Counted from the first letter of the stretch, positions 27,114-36,810 are shown. The stretch: 64,000 bases of DNA from Alphaproteobacteria bacterium (GCA_017307335.1 JAFKFJ010000182.1:713-64712), one strand, 5' to 3'. Notes: generated by a model from the letters alone, not told the origin. Numbers and translations: made by a program.

Positions 27114-27661
27114 GGGATTGTCTCCGATGATTCGAGCATGGCGGCAAACATCGCTGCATCCGGCAACCCCGCGGGCACGAGCCGCCGCGCGACCGCACCG
27201 TCGGCGTCGAGCGTCCAGAAGCCCGGCGCGCCGGCGGCGCCGATGGGCGGCGCGGGAAGCAGGTGCATCACCTCCTCGGGGGCCGCGTCGCGCTCCAGCG
27301 CCGCGAGCCCGGCCGCGACCGCGGTGTCGAGCCAGGCCGCATCGTCGGGCGCGGCCTCATGCGGCGGCATGACGGCGGCGAGGGTGAGCGGAAAGTAGCG
27401 GCCCACGCGGTCCACGCTCGGCAGCAGCACACCGAGCACGCCGCCGGCGCCGCAGCGTCCGGGCGGGAGCAGAAAACGCCAGGCAGGCGCTTTAAGAAAC
27501 GCCGGCAGCCAGGCTGTGCCAAGCTGTGCCCGGCTGGCGGCGAGCACGTCCTGCAGCCAGTCATCCCAGGCGGCGACGAAATCCCCCGGCAGGCCGGCGC
27601 GCACGAAGTCGCCCCGCGCCGGCAGTTTGCCGAACAGCCCGGCGCTCGCAGCCCCGGTCAT
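27107..27661 (-). CDS. tagF: type VI secretion system-associated protein TagF
   Basis: ATG at 27661. N-terminal hallmark GLFGKLPARGDFV. About 184 aa. Confidence 0.8.
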   Translation of the reverse strand: MTGAASAGLFGKLPARGDFVRAGLPGDFVAAWDDWLQDVLAASRAQLGTAWLPAFLKAPAWRFLLPPGRCGAGGVLGVLLPSVDRVGRYFPLTLAAVMPPHEAAPDDAAWLDTAVAAGLAALERDAAPEEVMHLLPAPPIGAAGAPGFWTLDADGAVARRLVPAGLPDAAMFAAMLESSETIPC

Positions 27662-27773
27662 GTTCCCCCTCCCGGTCCCGCGTTGCGTGCGCAGGGTCCG
27701 ACTCGCTGCGCAACCGTATCGCAGCCGGCCGCCGGACGCCAAGGCGCCGCGCGCCCAGGGCATGCGATCACGC

Positions 27774-27802
27774 TTACGTCGGCGGACTGCATACGGTATA
27801 AT
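27774..27802 (+). promoter_or_regulatory. candidate sigma70-type promoter for the ompA-ompA-HExxH operon (-35 TTACGT, 17-nt spacer, -10 TATAAT)
   Basis: A perfect TATAAT at 27797-27802 is striking in GC-rich DNA. AGGAGG RBS at 27820-27825, ATG at 27832. Confidence 0.4.
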
Positions 27803-27831
27803 AACGAACCCCGCTTACCAGGAGGCCCGTC

Positions 27832-28449
27832 ATGCGCGCCGTCATCGCCGGTCTGATCGCCGCCCCGCTTGCCTTCGCCGCGCTTCCGGCCTGGGCGCAA
27901 AGCAGTCCCTCCGCGGATCAGATCATCCAGTCGCTGAAGCCATCGGGGAACCTGCTGAAGGGCGAGACGCGCGGCATCCGCGTGGTCAACCCCGATGCTG
28001 GGCCCGCCGCCACGGCGCCCGCCCCCGCGCAGAGCCCGGCGCATGGCCAGGCGACGGCCGCCGCGACCGCTCCGGCCGCCGCCGCGCAGCCGAGTGCGGC
28101 GCCCGCGGTCAGCCTCACGGTCGAATTCGGCACCGGCTCCGACGAGCTCACGCCGCAGGCGCGCGCCACGCTCGACGCGCTGGGCAAGGCACTGAGCAGC
28201 GCCGACCTGGCGAAGTACCGTTTCCGCATCGAGGGCCACACCGACACGGTCGGCTCGCCCGGCTACAACCAGGCCCTGTCGCAGCGGCGGGCGGAGGCGG
28301 TGGCGCGCTATCTGGAGAGCAGCTTCGGCGTCGCGTCGGCGCGGCTGGAGGCTGTCGGGATGGGCGAGCAGGGGCTGCTGGTTCCGACCCCGCCGCAGAC
28401 CCCGAACGCACAGAACCGGCGCGTGAAGGTCGTCAATCTCGGCGGATAG
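27832..28449 (+). CDS. OmpA-family peptidoglycan-binding protein (paralog 1)
   Basis: Signal peptide (AWAQ). Short conserved N-motif QIIQSLKP...TRGIR, Ala/Pro linker, OmpA_C domain (RFRIEGHTDTVGSPGYNQALSQRRAEAVARYL ... NRRV). Confidence 0.85.
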   Translation: MRAVIAGLIAAPLAFAALPAWAQSSPSADQIIQSLKPSGNLLKGETRGIRVVNPDAGPAATAPAPAQSPAHGQATAAATAPAAAAQPSAAPAVSLTVEFGTGSDELTPQARATLDALGKALSSADLAKYRFRIEGHTDTVGSPGYNQALSQRRAEAVARYLESSFGVASARLEAVGMGEQGLLVPTPPQTPNAQNRRVKVVNLGG

Positions 28450-29025
28450 GCGCCGCGGTCCGCTTGCATTGAAAACAAGCCGCCCGGGAGGCGTCGCATG
28501 CGTGCCCTCGTCCTTGCCCTGATCGCTCCGCTGGCCTTCGCGGCAGCCCCGGCCGGGGCACAGCGGGCGCCCTCCGCGGAGCAGCTCATCCAGGCGCTGA
28601 AGCCGGGGCCCGGCCAACTCAGCGACACGACGCGCGGCATCCGCGCGATCAAGGCGAAGGAGACGGCCGAGGCGGCGGCGCCGTCGGTCGACCTGTCGGT
28701 GGAGTTCGCCACCGCTTCCAGCGCGCTCACGCCGCAGGCGCGCACCACGCTCGATGCGCTCGGCAAGGCGCTGAGCAGCGCCGATCTGGCGCAGTACCGC
28801 TTCCGCATCGAGGGCCACACCGACACGGTCGGTTCCGCCGCCTACAACACCGCCCTGTCGGAGCGGCGGGCGCAGGCCGTCGCCGACTACCTGGAAAAGA
28901 GCTTCGGCGTCGCGTCGGCGCGGCTGGAGCCGGTGGGGATGGGCGAGCAGGGGCTGCTGGTTCCGACCCCGCCGCAGACCCCGAACGCGCAGAACCGGCG
29001 CGTGAAAGTCGTCAATCTCGGCGGC
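28321..29025 (+). repeat. tandem gene duplication: the last ~126 nt of the two ompA-like genes (28321-28446 and 28900-29025, offset 579 nt) differ at about 5 positions
   Basis: Aligned by eye from the sequence. The N-terminal halves are much more diverged. Confidence 0.8.
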
Positions 29026-29028
29026 TGA
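28498..29028 (+). CDS. OmpA-family peptidoglycan-binding protein (paralog 2)
   Basis: Same architecture as paralog 1 (QLIQALKP...TRGIR, RFRIEGHTDTVGSAAYNTALSERRAQAVADYL). The 3' ends are nearly identical at DNA level. Confidence 0.85.
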   Translation: MRALVLALIAPLAFAAAPAGAQRAPSAEQLIQALKPGPGQLSDTTRGIRAIKAKETAEAAAPSVDLSVEFATASSALTPQARTTLDALGKALSSADLAQYRFRIEGHTDTVGSAAYNTALSERRAQAVADYLEKSFGVASARLEPVGMGEQGLLVPTPPQTPNAQNRRVKVVNLGG

Positions 29029-29038
29029 GCGCCGCGCG

Positions 29039-30130
29039 GTGCAACCGCCCACGCCCACGCCCGACAGCGACGCCACCATCGTCATTCGCCCGCCTGCACC
29101 GTCCCCGCCGCCGCGGCGCGGGCGGTGGCAGGCCGTGGCGGTGGTGGCGATCGTCGTGCTTGCCGGGGCGGGCGGCGCGGCATGGCTGCTGCGGCCGCAT
29201 CCAGCGCCTCCGCCCGCGCCGGCGGCGCCCGCCCCGGCCGCGCCGGCTCCGGTCGCCACGACGGCGCCCCCGGCGCCCGCAGCGGCGCCCACATCACCAC
29301 CACCGCCACCAGCACCGCCACCAGCACCCGCCCCGGCGCCGTTCAGCATCACGACGGCCGACGAGGCGGCGATCGCGGCGCATGTCGCGACCACGCTCAG
29401 CGTGTTCCGCTTCGCCGCCGCGCCCGCCGTGATGGTGCTCGATTTCCCCACGCTCGCCGAGCAGGGGCAGATGCTGAACCGCATGGCGGCGCTGATCGAA
29501 AAAGCGAAGCTGCCACGCGACCGCGTGCTGACCGACGCGGAGCTGGCCGCCGCCATTCATGCGAGCGGCGACACGCCGGAGACCTACTACTACGGCCACG
29601 ACTATTCCGCCGCGGACCTCGCGCGCTTCTTCGCGCTCGCCGACCGTGACCACGTGGCGCTGGACGCGGAGGAGGCGAAGCTGCGCGCGCTGCTGACCCA
29701 GCTCGGCTGGTTCGCGCCCGATGCGGTCGGCGCGCTGATCAGTGTTCCCGCCGTCGGCGCCGACGCCTTTGTCACGCGGCAGGCGCGCGAGGCCATGCTG
29801 CATCACGAGCTGTCGCACGGCATCTTCTTCAGCAGTCCGGCCTACGCCGACTATGTGCGCCATTTCTGGCGAACGGCGCTGACGGAGCAGGAGCGCGCGA
29901 GCGTGCGCAGCTTCCTCGGCAGCCAGGACTACGACACGACCGACGAAGACCTGATGCTGAACGAGATGCAGGCGTACGTGATGTTCACGTACGACCCGCG
30001 CTTCTGCAAAGCGGTGAACGTGGGCATGACGCTGGCGCGGCGGCTGGAGCTGATCGCCAAGTTCCGCGACGGGCTGCCGGAGGGCTGGCCGAAGGAGGCG
30101 CTGGAGCACCCCTCGCTGCTGCCGCAATAG
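29039..30130 (+). CDS. membrane-anchored hypothetical protein with a Pro/Ala-rich linker and a C-terminal domain carrying an HExxH motif (possible zinc metallopeptidase)
   Basis: GTG 10 nt after the ompA-2 stop. Basic N-terminus, one TM (AVAVVAIVVLAGAGGAAWLL), about 60-aa P/A linker. The motif HHELSHG is followed 53 residues later by LNEMQAY (gluzincin-like spacing). I recognise no family. Confidence 0.55.
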   Translation: MQPPTPTPDSDATIVIRPPAPSPPPRRGRWQAVAVVAIVVLAGAGGAAWLLRPHPAPPPAPAAPAPAAPAPVATTAPPAPAAAPTSPPPPPAPPPAPAPAPFSITTADEAAIAAHVATTLSVFRFAAAPAVMVLDFPTLAEQGQMLNRMAALIEKAKLPRDRVLTDAELAAAIHASGDTPETYYYGHDYSAADLARFFALADRDHVALDAEEAKLRALLTQLGWFAPDAVGALISVPAVGADAFVTRQAREAMLHHELSHGIFFSSPAYADYVRHFWRTALTEQERASVRSFLGSQDYDTTDEDLMLNEMQAYVMFTYDPRFCKAVNVGMTLARRLELIAKFRDGLPEGWPKEALEHPSLLPQ

Positions 30131-30154
30131 GCGCCGCAATAGGCATGGCCGGAC

Positions 30155-31231
30155 TCAGCGCGGCAGCCCCGCGGCAGCATCGATCACGTTCTCCGGCCGC
30201 GCCGGGATCTGCCCGCGCTCGACGCGCTTGACGATGTCGACGAGCGCCGCATGCGCCGGCGCCGCGCGGCCGATGCCGCGGCCCTTGTCCACGATGAAGC
30301 CGTTCAGGAAGTCGATCTCGGTGCGGCGGCCCTTCCGCATGTCCTGCCCCATCGAGGGGCGTTGCAGGTCGCTGCGCACGCCGGAATTGCTCACCGCCAG
30401 CAGGCGTGCCTCCACCTCTTCCAGTGCCTCCGGGTCGCCTTCCGCGGCGCGGGCGAGGTGTTCGGGGTCCAGGTTGCCGATCGGTTCCAGCGCGTAGCCG
30501 AGCGCCTGGCCCACGCGTACCGCCTCGCCGCCGAGGCGGATCGAGAAGCGGCGCACCGGATCGACCCGGGCGAGGTCGTTGCCGCTGAGGCCGGTGGCCG
30601 CCGAAATCCCGTTGCGCATGCCGTTCACACACAGCTTCGACCACCGCTCGCCCCAGAGATTCGTGGTCGCCTTCACGGTGTCGATGGGCGCGATCATCTC
30701 CGCCAGGCGCGCCACGCGGCGCGTGATCCGGCCATGCACCTCGCCGATGCGGAACACCGCGTGGTCGCCACCGCCCTTCGCGGCGGTGCGGCGGATGCGC
30801 CCGGGTGCGTAGAGGTCGGCGGCGAGCAGTGCGGCGATCATGCCCACGGTGCGGCCCCAGCCGACGATGCCGGCGATCCGCTCCTCGTTGATGCAGTTCT
30901 GGAGCGAGACGACGCAGCCGTCCGGCGCGAGGTAGTCCCGGATCAGCATCGTCGCCCATTCGGTGTCGTAGGACTTCACCGAGACGAACGCGATGTCGAT
31001 CGGTGCCTGCTTCGCGAGCGACTGCACCTCGGTCAGGTGCAGCGCGCGCACCGGGACCGTGCACCGCTCCTCGTCCGTCAGCCCGCAAAGTTCCAGGCCC
31101 TGCGCGCGCATGGCCTCGACATGCTCGGGCCAGGGGTCGATCAGCACGACGTCGTGGCCCAGGCGGGTCAGGTGGCCGCCGACATAGCCCCCGACCGCGC
31201 CGGCTCCGACGACGGCGATTCGTTCCGGCAT
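30155..31231 (-). CDS. 2-dehydropantoate 2-reductase (ketopantoate reductase, PanE/ApbA family)
   Basis: ATG at 31231. N-terminal Rossmann motif IAVVGAGAVGGYVGGHL. Only the lower part of track ORF 30155..32173 is this gene. Confidence 0.8.
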   Translation of the reverse strand: MPERIAVVGAGAVGGYVGGHLTRLGHDVVLIDPWPEHVEAMRAQGLELCGLTDEERCTVPVRALHLTEVQSLAKQAPIDIAFVSVKSYDTEWATMLIRDYLAPDGCVVSLQNCINEERIAGIVGWGRTVGMIAALLAADLYAPGRIRRTAAKGGGDHAVFRIGEVHGRITRRVARLAEMIAPIDTVKATTNLWGERWSKLCVNGMRNGISAATGLSGNDLARVDPVRRFSIRLGGEAVRVGQALGYALEPIGNLDPEHLARAAEGDPEALEEVEARLLAVSNSGVRSDLQRPSMGQDMRKGRRTEIDFLNGFIVDKGRGIGRAAPAHAALVDIVKRVERGQIPARPENVIDAAAGLPR

Positions 31232-31300
31232 TGTGCGTCTCCCTCCCGGTCGCGGTTTCAGCGAGGATAGCGGGATCGAAGGCAGCGGGAAGGGTGGCAG

Positions 31301-32164
31301 ATGACGGCGACCGAGCGGCGACAGGGTGTGCGCGCGATCCTGGCAGGCCAAGCGTGCGTGCACCCGGCCTCGGTGTTCGACCCGATTTCGGCACGCCTCG
31401 CGGCCGGGATCGGGTTCGAGATGGGGATGCTGGCCGGCTCGGTCGCTAGCTTCACCGTGCTGGGCGCGCCCGACCTCGTGCTGCTGACGCTGACCGAGTT
31501 CGCCGAGCAGATCCGCCGCATTTGCCGCGCGGCGCCGCTGCCGCTGCTGGTCGACGCCGACCATGGCTACGGCAACGCGCTGAGTGCGATGCGCACGGTG
31601 CAGGAGCTGGAGGCGGCCGGGGTCGCCGCGCTGACGATCGAGGACACGCAACTGCCCACACCGTTCGGCGCTGCCGGCCCTGCGCTGATTTCGCGCGAGG
31701 AGGGGGCAGGGAAGCTCCGCGCGGCCCTGGCGGCGCGCGAGGACCCGGCGACGGTCATCGTCGCCCGCACCGGCGCCGCCGGCATCGCGGGCGTGGAGGA
31801 GGCGATCGCACGGGCGCGGCTCTATGCGCCGCTCGGGCCGGATGCCCTGTTCCTGACCGGGATCAAGGACGCCACGGCGCTGCGTGCCGTCGCCGAGGCC
31901 GTGCGGCTGCCGATCATCCTGGGCGGCGGGATGCTGGGACTGGATCGGGCGGGGCTGGCGGCGCACGGCGTGCGGATCGCCCTGCAGGGGCACCAGCCCT
32001 TCGGCGCCGCGGTGGAGGCCGTCCGGGCGACGTTGCAGGCGTTGCGCGATGGCGTTGCCCCCGAGCAGTTCGCCGGTGTCGCGAAGCCGGCCCTGATGGG
32101 GCAGGTGACGCACGAGGCCGAGTACCGCGCGTGGACGCAGACATTTCTCGGGGCGCCGCCGTAA
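31301..32164 (+). CDS. isocitrate lyase/PEP mutase family protein, oxaloacetate decarboxylase-like (PA4872 type)
   Basis: ASVFDPISARLAAGIGFE, DADHGYGNALSAMRTVQELEAAGVAALTIEDT. Confidence 0.8.
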   Translation: MTATERRQGVRAILAGQACVHPASVFDPISARLAAGIGFEMGMLAGSVASFTVLGAPDLVLLTLTEFAEQIRRICRAAPLPLLVDADHGYGNALSAMRTVQELEAAGVAALTIEDTQLPTPFGAAGPALISREEGAGKLRAALAAREDPATVIVARTGAAGIAGVEEAIARARLYAPLGPDALFLTGIKDATALRAVAEAVRLPIILGGGMLGLDRAGLAAHGVRIALQGHQPFGAAVEAVRATLQALRDGVAPEQFAGVAKPALMGQVTHEAEYRAWTQTFLGAPP

Positions 32165-32222
32165 CGGCCCCATATGCGGCGACCCGCGGCGCGAGCCGCC
32201 TATTTTCGATGTCGCGGCGCGA

Positions 32223-32684
32223 TCAGTCGACCGCGTCGAGCAGGACGACCGGAATTTCGCGGTCAGTCTTCTTCGCGTAGTCGGCGTAGGGCGGCCAGAA
32301 CTTCAGCGCCTTCTGCCACAGCCGCTCGCGGTCCGCGCCGGTGACTGTCCGCGTCTTGGCCTTGAACTTCCTGGTGCCGATCTGGACCTCGACTTCGGGG
32401 TTCGCGACCAGGTTCTTGTACCAGCCCGGATGGTCCGGCGCGCCGCCCTTCGAGGCAACGATGATGATGCTGTTGCCGTCCTCGCCGTAGAAAAGCGGGA
32501 AGATGAACTTCTCGCCCGACTTGCGCCCGACGGTCGTGAGCAGGAGGGAGGGAACGGTCATCTCCGAGTAGCCCGGCGGTGTGACCGTGTACATATGACC
32601 ACTCTTGCCGCCACTGGAAATATAGAGGTTGGCGTGGTCGATCATCCATTGCGGAAGGTTGGGGGCAAGCTTTGCTTCGGCCAC
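32223..32684 (-). CDS. nitroreductase-family deazaflavin-dependent oxidoreductase (DUF385/DDN family)
   Basis: GTG at 32684 after AAGGAG. LLLTTVGRKSGEKFIFPLFYGEDGNSIIIVASKGGAPDHPGWYKNL. Confidence 0.75.
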   Translation of the reverse strand: MAEAKLAPNLPQWMIDHANLYISSGGKSGHMYTVTPPGYSEMTVPSLLLTTVGRKSGEKFIFPLFYGEDGNSIIIVASKGGAPDHPGWYKNLVANPEVEVQIGTRKFKAKTRTVTGADRERLWQKALKFWPPYADYAKKTDREIPVVLLDAVD

Positions 32685-32769
32685 AGCGGGATCTCCTTGT
32701 CGAAGGGAAGAGCGTAACACAGCCTCATGCGATGCCCAGGATGCGATGCCCAAAGCGGGGGCCGTTTCC

Positions 32770-34158
32770 TCACGCGATCGGGGCCCGCAGGTGCCAATCG
32801 TGCGCGGCCTGGTAGGCGTGGCCGATCCGCAAGGCCAGCGGCTCCGCGAAGGCGCGGCAGACGATCTGCAGCGAGGTGGGCAAGCCGCTCCGGGTGAAGC
32901 CGTTCGGCACCGCGGCCGCGCAGAGGTCAAGGAAGTTCACCCAGCGCGTCAGGATCGCCGGGGTCGTGTTCTGGTCGATCGAGGCCACCGGCGGCGCCGC
33001 CGTCACCAGGGTGGGGGTCAGCAGCGCGTCGATGCCGGCAATGGCAGCGTCGAACGACGCCTTCAGTCGCTCCCGCTCGGCGAGCGCGACCAGATAGTCG
33101 TGCGAGGAGATCGCCGCCCCGGCGCGCACGCGCGGCCGCACGGCCTGGTCCAGCGGCAGGGCGTCATCGTCCACCACCGCGGCCAGGGCGGCATAGGCCT
33201 CGGCCGACATGATGCGTCCGTTGATCGTGCCGAGATCGGCGAACCGCGCGGGCAGCGCCACCTCGACGATCTCCGCGCCCAGGCTGGCGAGCGCCTCCAC
33301 CGACGCATCGTAGGAGGCCAGCACCTCGGCATCGATGCCGGCACGCTCGCCGGCGGGCAGCCGCGCCAGGCGCAGGCCCTTCACGCCGCGCCGCAGCGTG
33401 GGCATCGGGTCCACGTCGTGCACGCCCAGCGTATGCCGGTCGCGCGGATCCTCGCCTTGCAGCACGGATAGCAGCAGCGCCGCGTCCTCGGCATCGCGCG
33501 TGATCGGGCCCGGCGTGTCCAGCGTCGGGCTCAGCGGCAGGACCCCGAATGTGCTGATCCGGCCGATCGTGGTCTTCAGCCCGGTGATGCCGTTCCACGC
33601 CGCGGGAATGCGCACGGAGCCGCCGGTGTCGGTGCCGATCGCCCAGGGTACCATCCGCGCGGCGACCGCGACGCCGGAACCCGAGGACGAGCCGCCCGGC
33701 GCGCGATGCATGCTCGCGTCCCAGGGGTTCCGCGGCGTGCCCAGATGCTGGTTGGTGCCCCAGCCGCCGTAGGCGAACTCCACCGTGTGGGTCTTGCCGA
33801 GGTTGATCATGCCGGCCGCCATCAGCTTGCGCACCAGTGTCGCCGTGCGGGGCGCGCGGCGATCGCGCCAGGCGGCCGAGCCCCCCATGGCGACTTCCCC
33901 CTCGATCTCGACCAGGTCCTTGATCGCGATCGGAATGCCGTGCAGCGGGCCGACGGCGTGGCCGGCGCGGATGGCCTTGTCCGCGGCTTCGGCCGCCAGC
34001 CGTGCATGGGCGGCGTTGACCGTGACGAAGGCATGCAGTTCGGGGTCCAGCCGTTCGATCCGGGCAAGGCACTCGTCCACGAGGTCGACCGGCGACAGAC
34101 GGCGCGCGGCAATCGCCTCGACCAGGGTGTGGACGGGGAGGAAGGCGGCGGATGTCAT
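32770..34158 (-). CDS. amidase (amidase signature family)
   Basis: 462 aa. AS motif GGSSSGSGVAVAA, catalytic region PIAIKDL. Confidence 0.9.
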   Translation of the reverse strand: MTSAAFLPVHTLVEAIAARRLSPVDLVDECLARIERLDPELHAFVTVNAAHARLAAEAADKAIRAGHAVGPLHGIPIAIKDLVEIEGEVAMGGSAAWRDRRAPRTATLVRKLMAAGMINLGKTHTVEFAYGGWGTNQHLGTPRNPWDASMHRAPGGSSSGSGVAVAARMVPWAIGTDTGGSVRIPAAWNGITGLKTTIGRISTFGVLPLSPTLDTPGPITRDAEDAALLLSVLQGEDPRDRHTLGVHDVDPMPTLRRGVKGLRLARLPAGERAGIDAEVLASYDASVEALASLGAEIVEVALPARFADLGTINGRIMSAEAYAALAAVVDDDALPLDQAVRPRVRAGAAISSHDYLVALAERERLKASFDAAIAGIDALLTPTLVTAAPPVASIDQNTTPAILTRWVNFLDLCAAAVPNGFTRSGLPTSLQIVCRAFAEPLALRIGHAYQAAHDWHLRAPIA

Positions 34159-34354
34159 GGCGTAATCCCCTGCGGATGGCAGCGACGATCATGGCGCAGC
34201 CCGCGGGCCGGCGACAGGATGTCCGGGCCGCCGGTCCCGGGGCTGTCACTTGCGGCCCCGAATGGAAGCCTGTAGCAGCCATCGCCTCGGCCCCAGGCCC
34301 GGCCGGTCGGTGCACCGGCGCGCGAGGCCGCGGCCGCATTCAAGGACGCCCGAC

Positions 34355-35560
34355 ATGCCCGTGCTTTCGGAACGGATGAGCAAGCTCGGCACCGAAGCCG
34401 CCTTCCAGGTGCTGGCGCGTGCGAGCGAATTGCAGCGGGCCGGCCACGACATCGTCAATCTGTGCATCGGCCAGCCGGACTTTCAGACGCCGGAGCACAT
34501 CGTCGAGGCGGGGCGCAAGGCCCTGGCCGACGGGCATCACGGCTACACGGTGGCGAACGGCATCCTGCCGTTGCGAGAGGCGGTGGTGGCGGACCTGCAC
34601 CGGCGCCATGGCGTGTCGCTCTCGCCGGCGCAGGTGCTGGTGGTCCCCGGCGGCAAGGTGACGATGTTCTTCGCCATCATGATGTTCGGCGAGGAGGGCA
34701 CGGAGATCGTCTACCCGAACCCCGGCTTCCCGATCTACGAGAGCGTCATCCGCTTCTCGGGCGCCACGCCGGTCCCGATGCGGCTGCATGAGAGCAACGG
34801 GTTTTCCTTCGACGCCGACGAGGTGCTCGCGCTGATCACGCCGCGCACGCGGCTGCTGATCCTGAACAGTCCCGCCAACCCCACCGGCGGGGTGGTGCCG
34901 AAGGCCGAGCTGGACCGGCTGGTCGCGGGGCTGGAGCGGCATCCGCACGTCGCGGTGCTGTCCGACGAGATCTATGGCGAGATGATCTACGAGGGCACGC
35001 ACACCAGCCTGACCACCTATCCGCAACTGGCCGACCGGCTGATCCTGCTGGACGGCTGGAGCAAGACCTATGCGATGACCGGCTGGCGCCTCGGCTACGG
35101 CGTCTGGCCGCAGGACCTGGCGGTGCATGCCGAGCGGCTGGCGATCAACTGCCATTCCTGCGTCAACGCCGCGGCACAGTATGCCGGCATCGCCGCGCTC
35201 ACCGGGCCGCGCGAGCCGGCGCGACAGATGGTGGCGGCCTTCGCGGAACGGCGCAGCAGCATCATCCCGGCCCTGGATGCGCTGCCGGGCGTGCGCTGCG
35301 TGCTGCCGGGCGGTGCATTCTACGCTTTTCCCAATATCAGCGGCACCGGCCTGGATTCGCGAACCCTGCAGTCGCGCCTGATGGAAGAAGCGGGTGTGGC
35401 CACCCTGTCCGGCACCAGCTTTGGCGCCTTCGGCGAAGGCTACCTGCGGCTGTCCTACGCCGCGAGCCTGCCGATGCTGTCGGAGGCGGTGCGTCGGATC
35501 GGCGCGTTCCTGGAGCAGGCGACGCCCGCCAGCAGGGCGGCGGCGGGTGTCACCGCATAG
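34355..35560 (+). CDS. pyridoxal phosphate-dependent aminotransferase (class I, aspartate aminotransferase-like)
   Basis: ATG at 34355. GQPDF, NSPANPTG, PLP-lysine motif SKTYAMTGWRLGY, RLSY. Confidence 0.9.
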   Translation: MPVLSERMSKLGTEAAFQVLARASELQRAGHDIVNLCIGQPDFQTPEHIVEAGRKALADGHHGYTVANGILPLREAVVADLHRRHGVSLSPAQVLVVPGGKVTMFFAIMMFGEEGTEIVYPNPGFPIYESVIRFSGATPVPMRLHESNGFSFDADEVLALITPRTRLLILNSPANPTGGVVPKAELDRLVAGLERHPHVAVLSDEIYGEMIYEGTHTSLTTYPQLADRLILLDGWSKTYAMTGWRLGYGVWPQDLAVHAERLAINCHSCVNAAAQYAGIAALTGPREPARQMVAAFAERRSSIIPALDALPGVRCVLPGGAFYAFPNISGTGLDSRTLQSRLMEEAGVATLSGTSFGAFGEGYLRLSYAASLPMLSEAVRRIGAFLEQATPASRAAAGVTA

Positions 35561-35630
35561 GCACTCAGGCTCCGCGAATACCTGGCAGCGCAAGGCAGGG
35601 CCGCGACAGCCCGTGCGCTCCGGTGGCCGA

Positions 35631-36794
35631 TCAGGCCAGCTCCCAGCTCCCGACCGGCGATAGCGCCGCGAGCGACCGGCCGCTCTGCTCGTCGAACAGC
35701 AGCAGCCGGTCGGGGCGCAGCGAAACATGGATTGGCTGGCCGTGAGCGTACCGCTCGTTGGAGCGGACGACGGCGATGAACGGCTCGCCATCGACGGTCA
35801 CTTCCTCGCTGCCGTCGATCCCCAGCACGATGTGGTTGACCGATCCCATCGGCTCCACCAGCCCGACGCTGCCCGGCAGGCTGCCGGCACCGGGTTCATC
35901 GTCCAATGCGACGGCCTCGGGGCGGATGCCCAGCACCGCCCGGCCGCGTGTCTGGTCGAGACGCCGCAGCACCTCCCCGGTCGCCGGCATCACGGCGCCG
36001 TCCAGCGGATGGCCGCCCTTGGCCAGCCGCAACTGCAGGCCGCCTTCGCCCGCTCCGACCGCAACCGGCAGCAGATTGATCGAGGGCGTGCCGACAAACT
36101 TCGCGACGAACATGTTGGCCGGACGATCGTACACATCCTGCGGCGTGCCGACCTGCTGCAGCTCTCCCCCGTTCATGATGCAGATCCGGTCCGACAGCAC
36201 CAGCGCTTCCGCCTGGTCATGCGTCACATACACGGTGGTGACCGGCATGCGCTCGTGCAGCTTCTTCAGCTCGGTCCGCGTCCGCTCGCGGAGCTTCAGG
36301 TCGAGATTGCTCAGCGGCTCGTCCATGAGGAACACATTCGGCCGGCGGATCAACGCCCGCCCGAGCGCGACGCGCTGCCGCTGCCCGCCGGAGAGGCGGG
36401 CGGGCTTGCTGTCGAGCAGCTGGTCGATGCCGAGAATGCGCGAGATTTCGGCGAGGCGCGGCGCGATCTCGGCCGCCGGCACGCGGCGCACCTTCAGGTT
36501 GAGCACGAGATTTTCCCGCACGCTCATGTGTGGATAGAGCGCGTAGCTCTGGAACACCATGGCCACGTCGCGGTCGCGCGGATGGATGCGCGTGAAGTCC
36601 CTGCCGTCGATGAGCAGCCGCCCCGCGGTGGGCATCTCCAGCCCCGCGATCATCCGCAGGGTGGTTGTCTTGCCGCAGCCGGAAGGGCCCAGCAGGGTGA
36701 AGAACTCGCCCGTCTGGATCTGCAGATCGAGCCGCTTCACGGCGTGGAAGCCGTTCGGATAAACCTTCTCGATCCCCTCGAACGCCAGCGTCAT
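35631..36794 (-). CDS. sugar ABC transporter ATP-binding protein (UgpC/MalK family)
   Basis: Walker A GPSGCGKTT, LSGGQRQRVALGRAL, FLMDEPLSNLD, C-terminal TOBE-like region. Confidence 0.9.
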   Translation of the reverse strand: MTLAFEGIEKVYPNGFHAVKRLDLQIQTGEFFTLLGPSGCGKTTTLRMIAGLEMPTAGRLLIDGRDFTRIHPRDRDVAMVFQSYALYPHMSVRENLVLNLKVRRVPAAEIAPRLAEISRILGIDQLLDSKPARLSGGQRQRVALGRALIRRPNVFLMDEPLSNLDLKLRERTRTELKKLHERMPVTTVYVTHDQAEALVLSDRICIMNGGELQQVGTPQDVYDRPANMFVAKFVGTPSINLLPVAVGAGEGGLQLRLAKGGHPLDGAVMPATGEVLRRLDQTRGRAVLGIRPEAVALDDEPGAGSLPGSVGLVEPMGSVNHIVLGIDGSEEVTVDGEPFIAVVRSNERYAHGQPIHVSLRPDRLLLFDEQSGRSLAALSPVGSWELA

Positions 36795-36810
36795 GGCCGC
36801 TCCTCGCGCG

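Noticed and set aside
31232-32173. Upper part of the 672-aa minus ORF 30155..32173
   Set aside because: It is antisense to the well-supported PEP-mutase-family gene. The ketopantoate reductase motif begins at ATG 31231.
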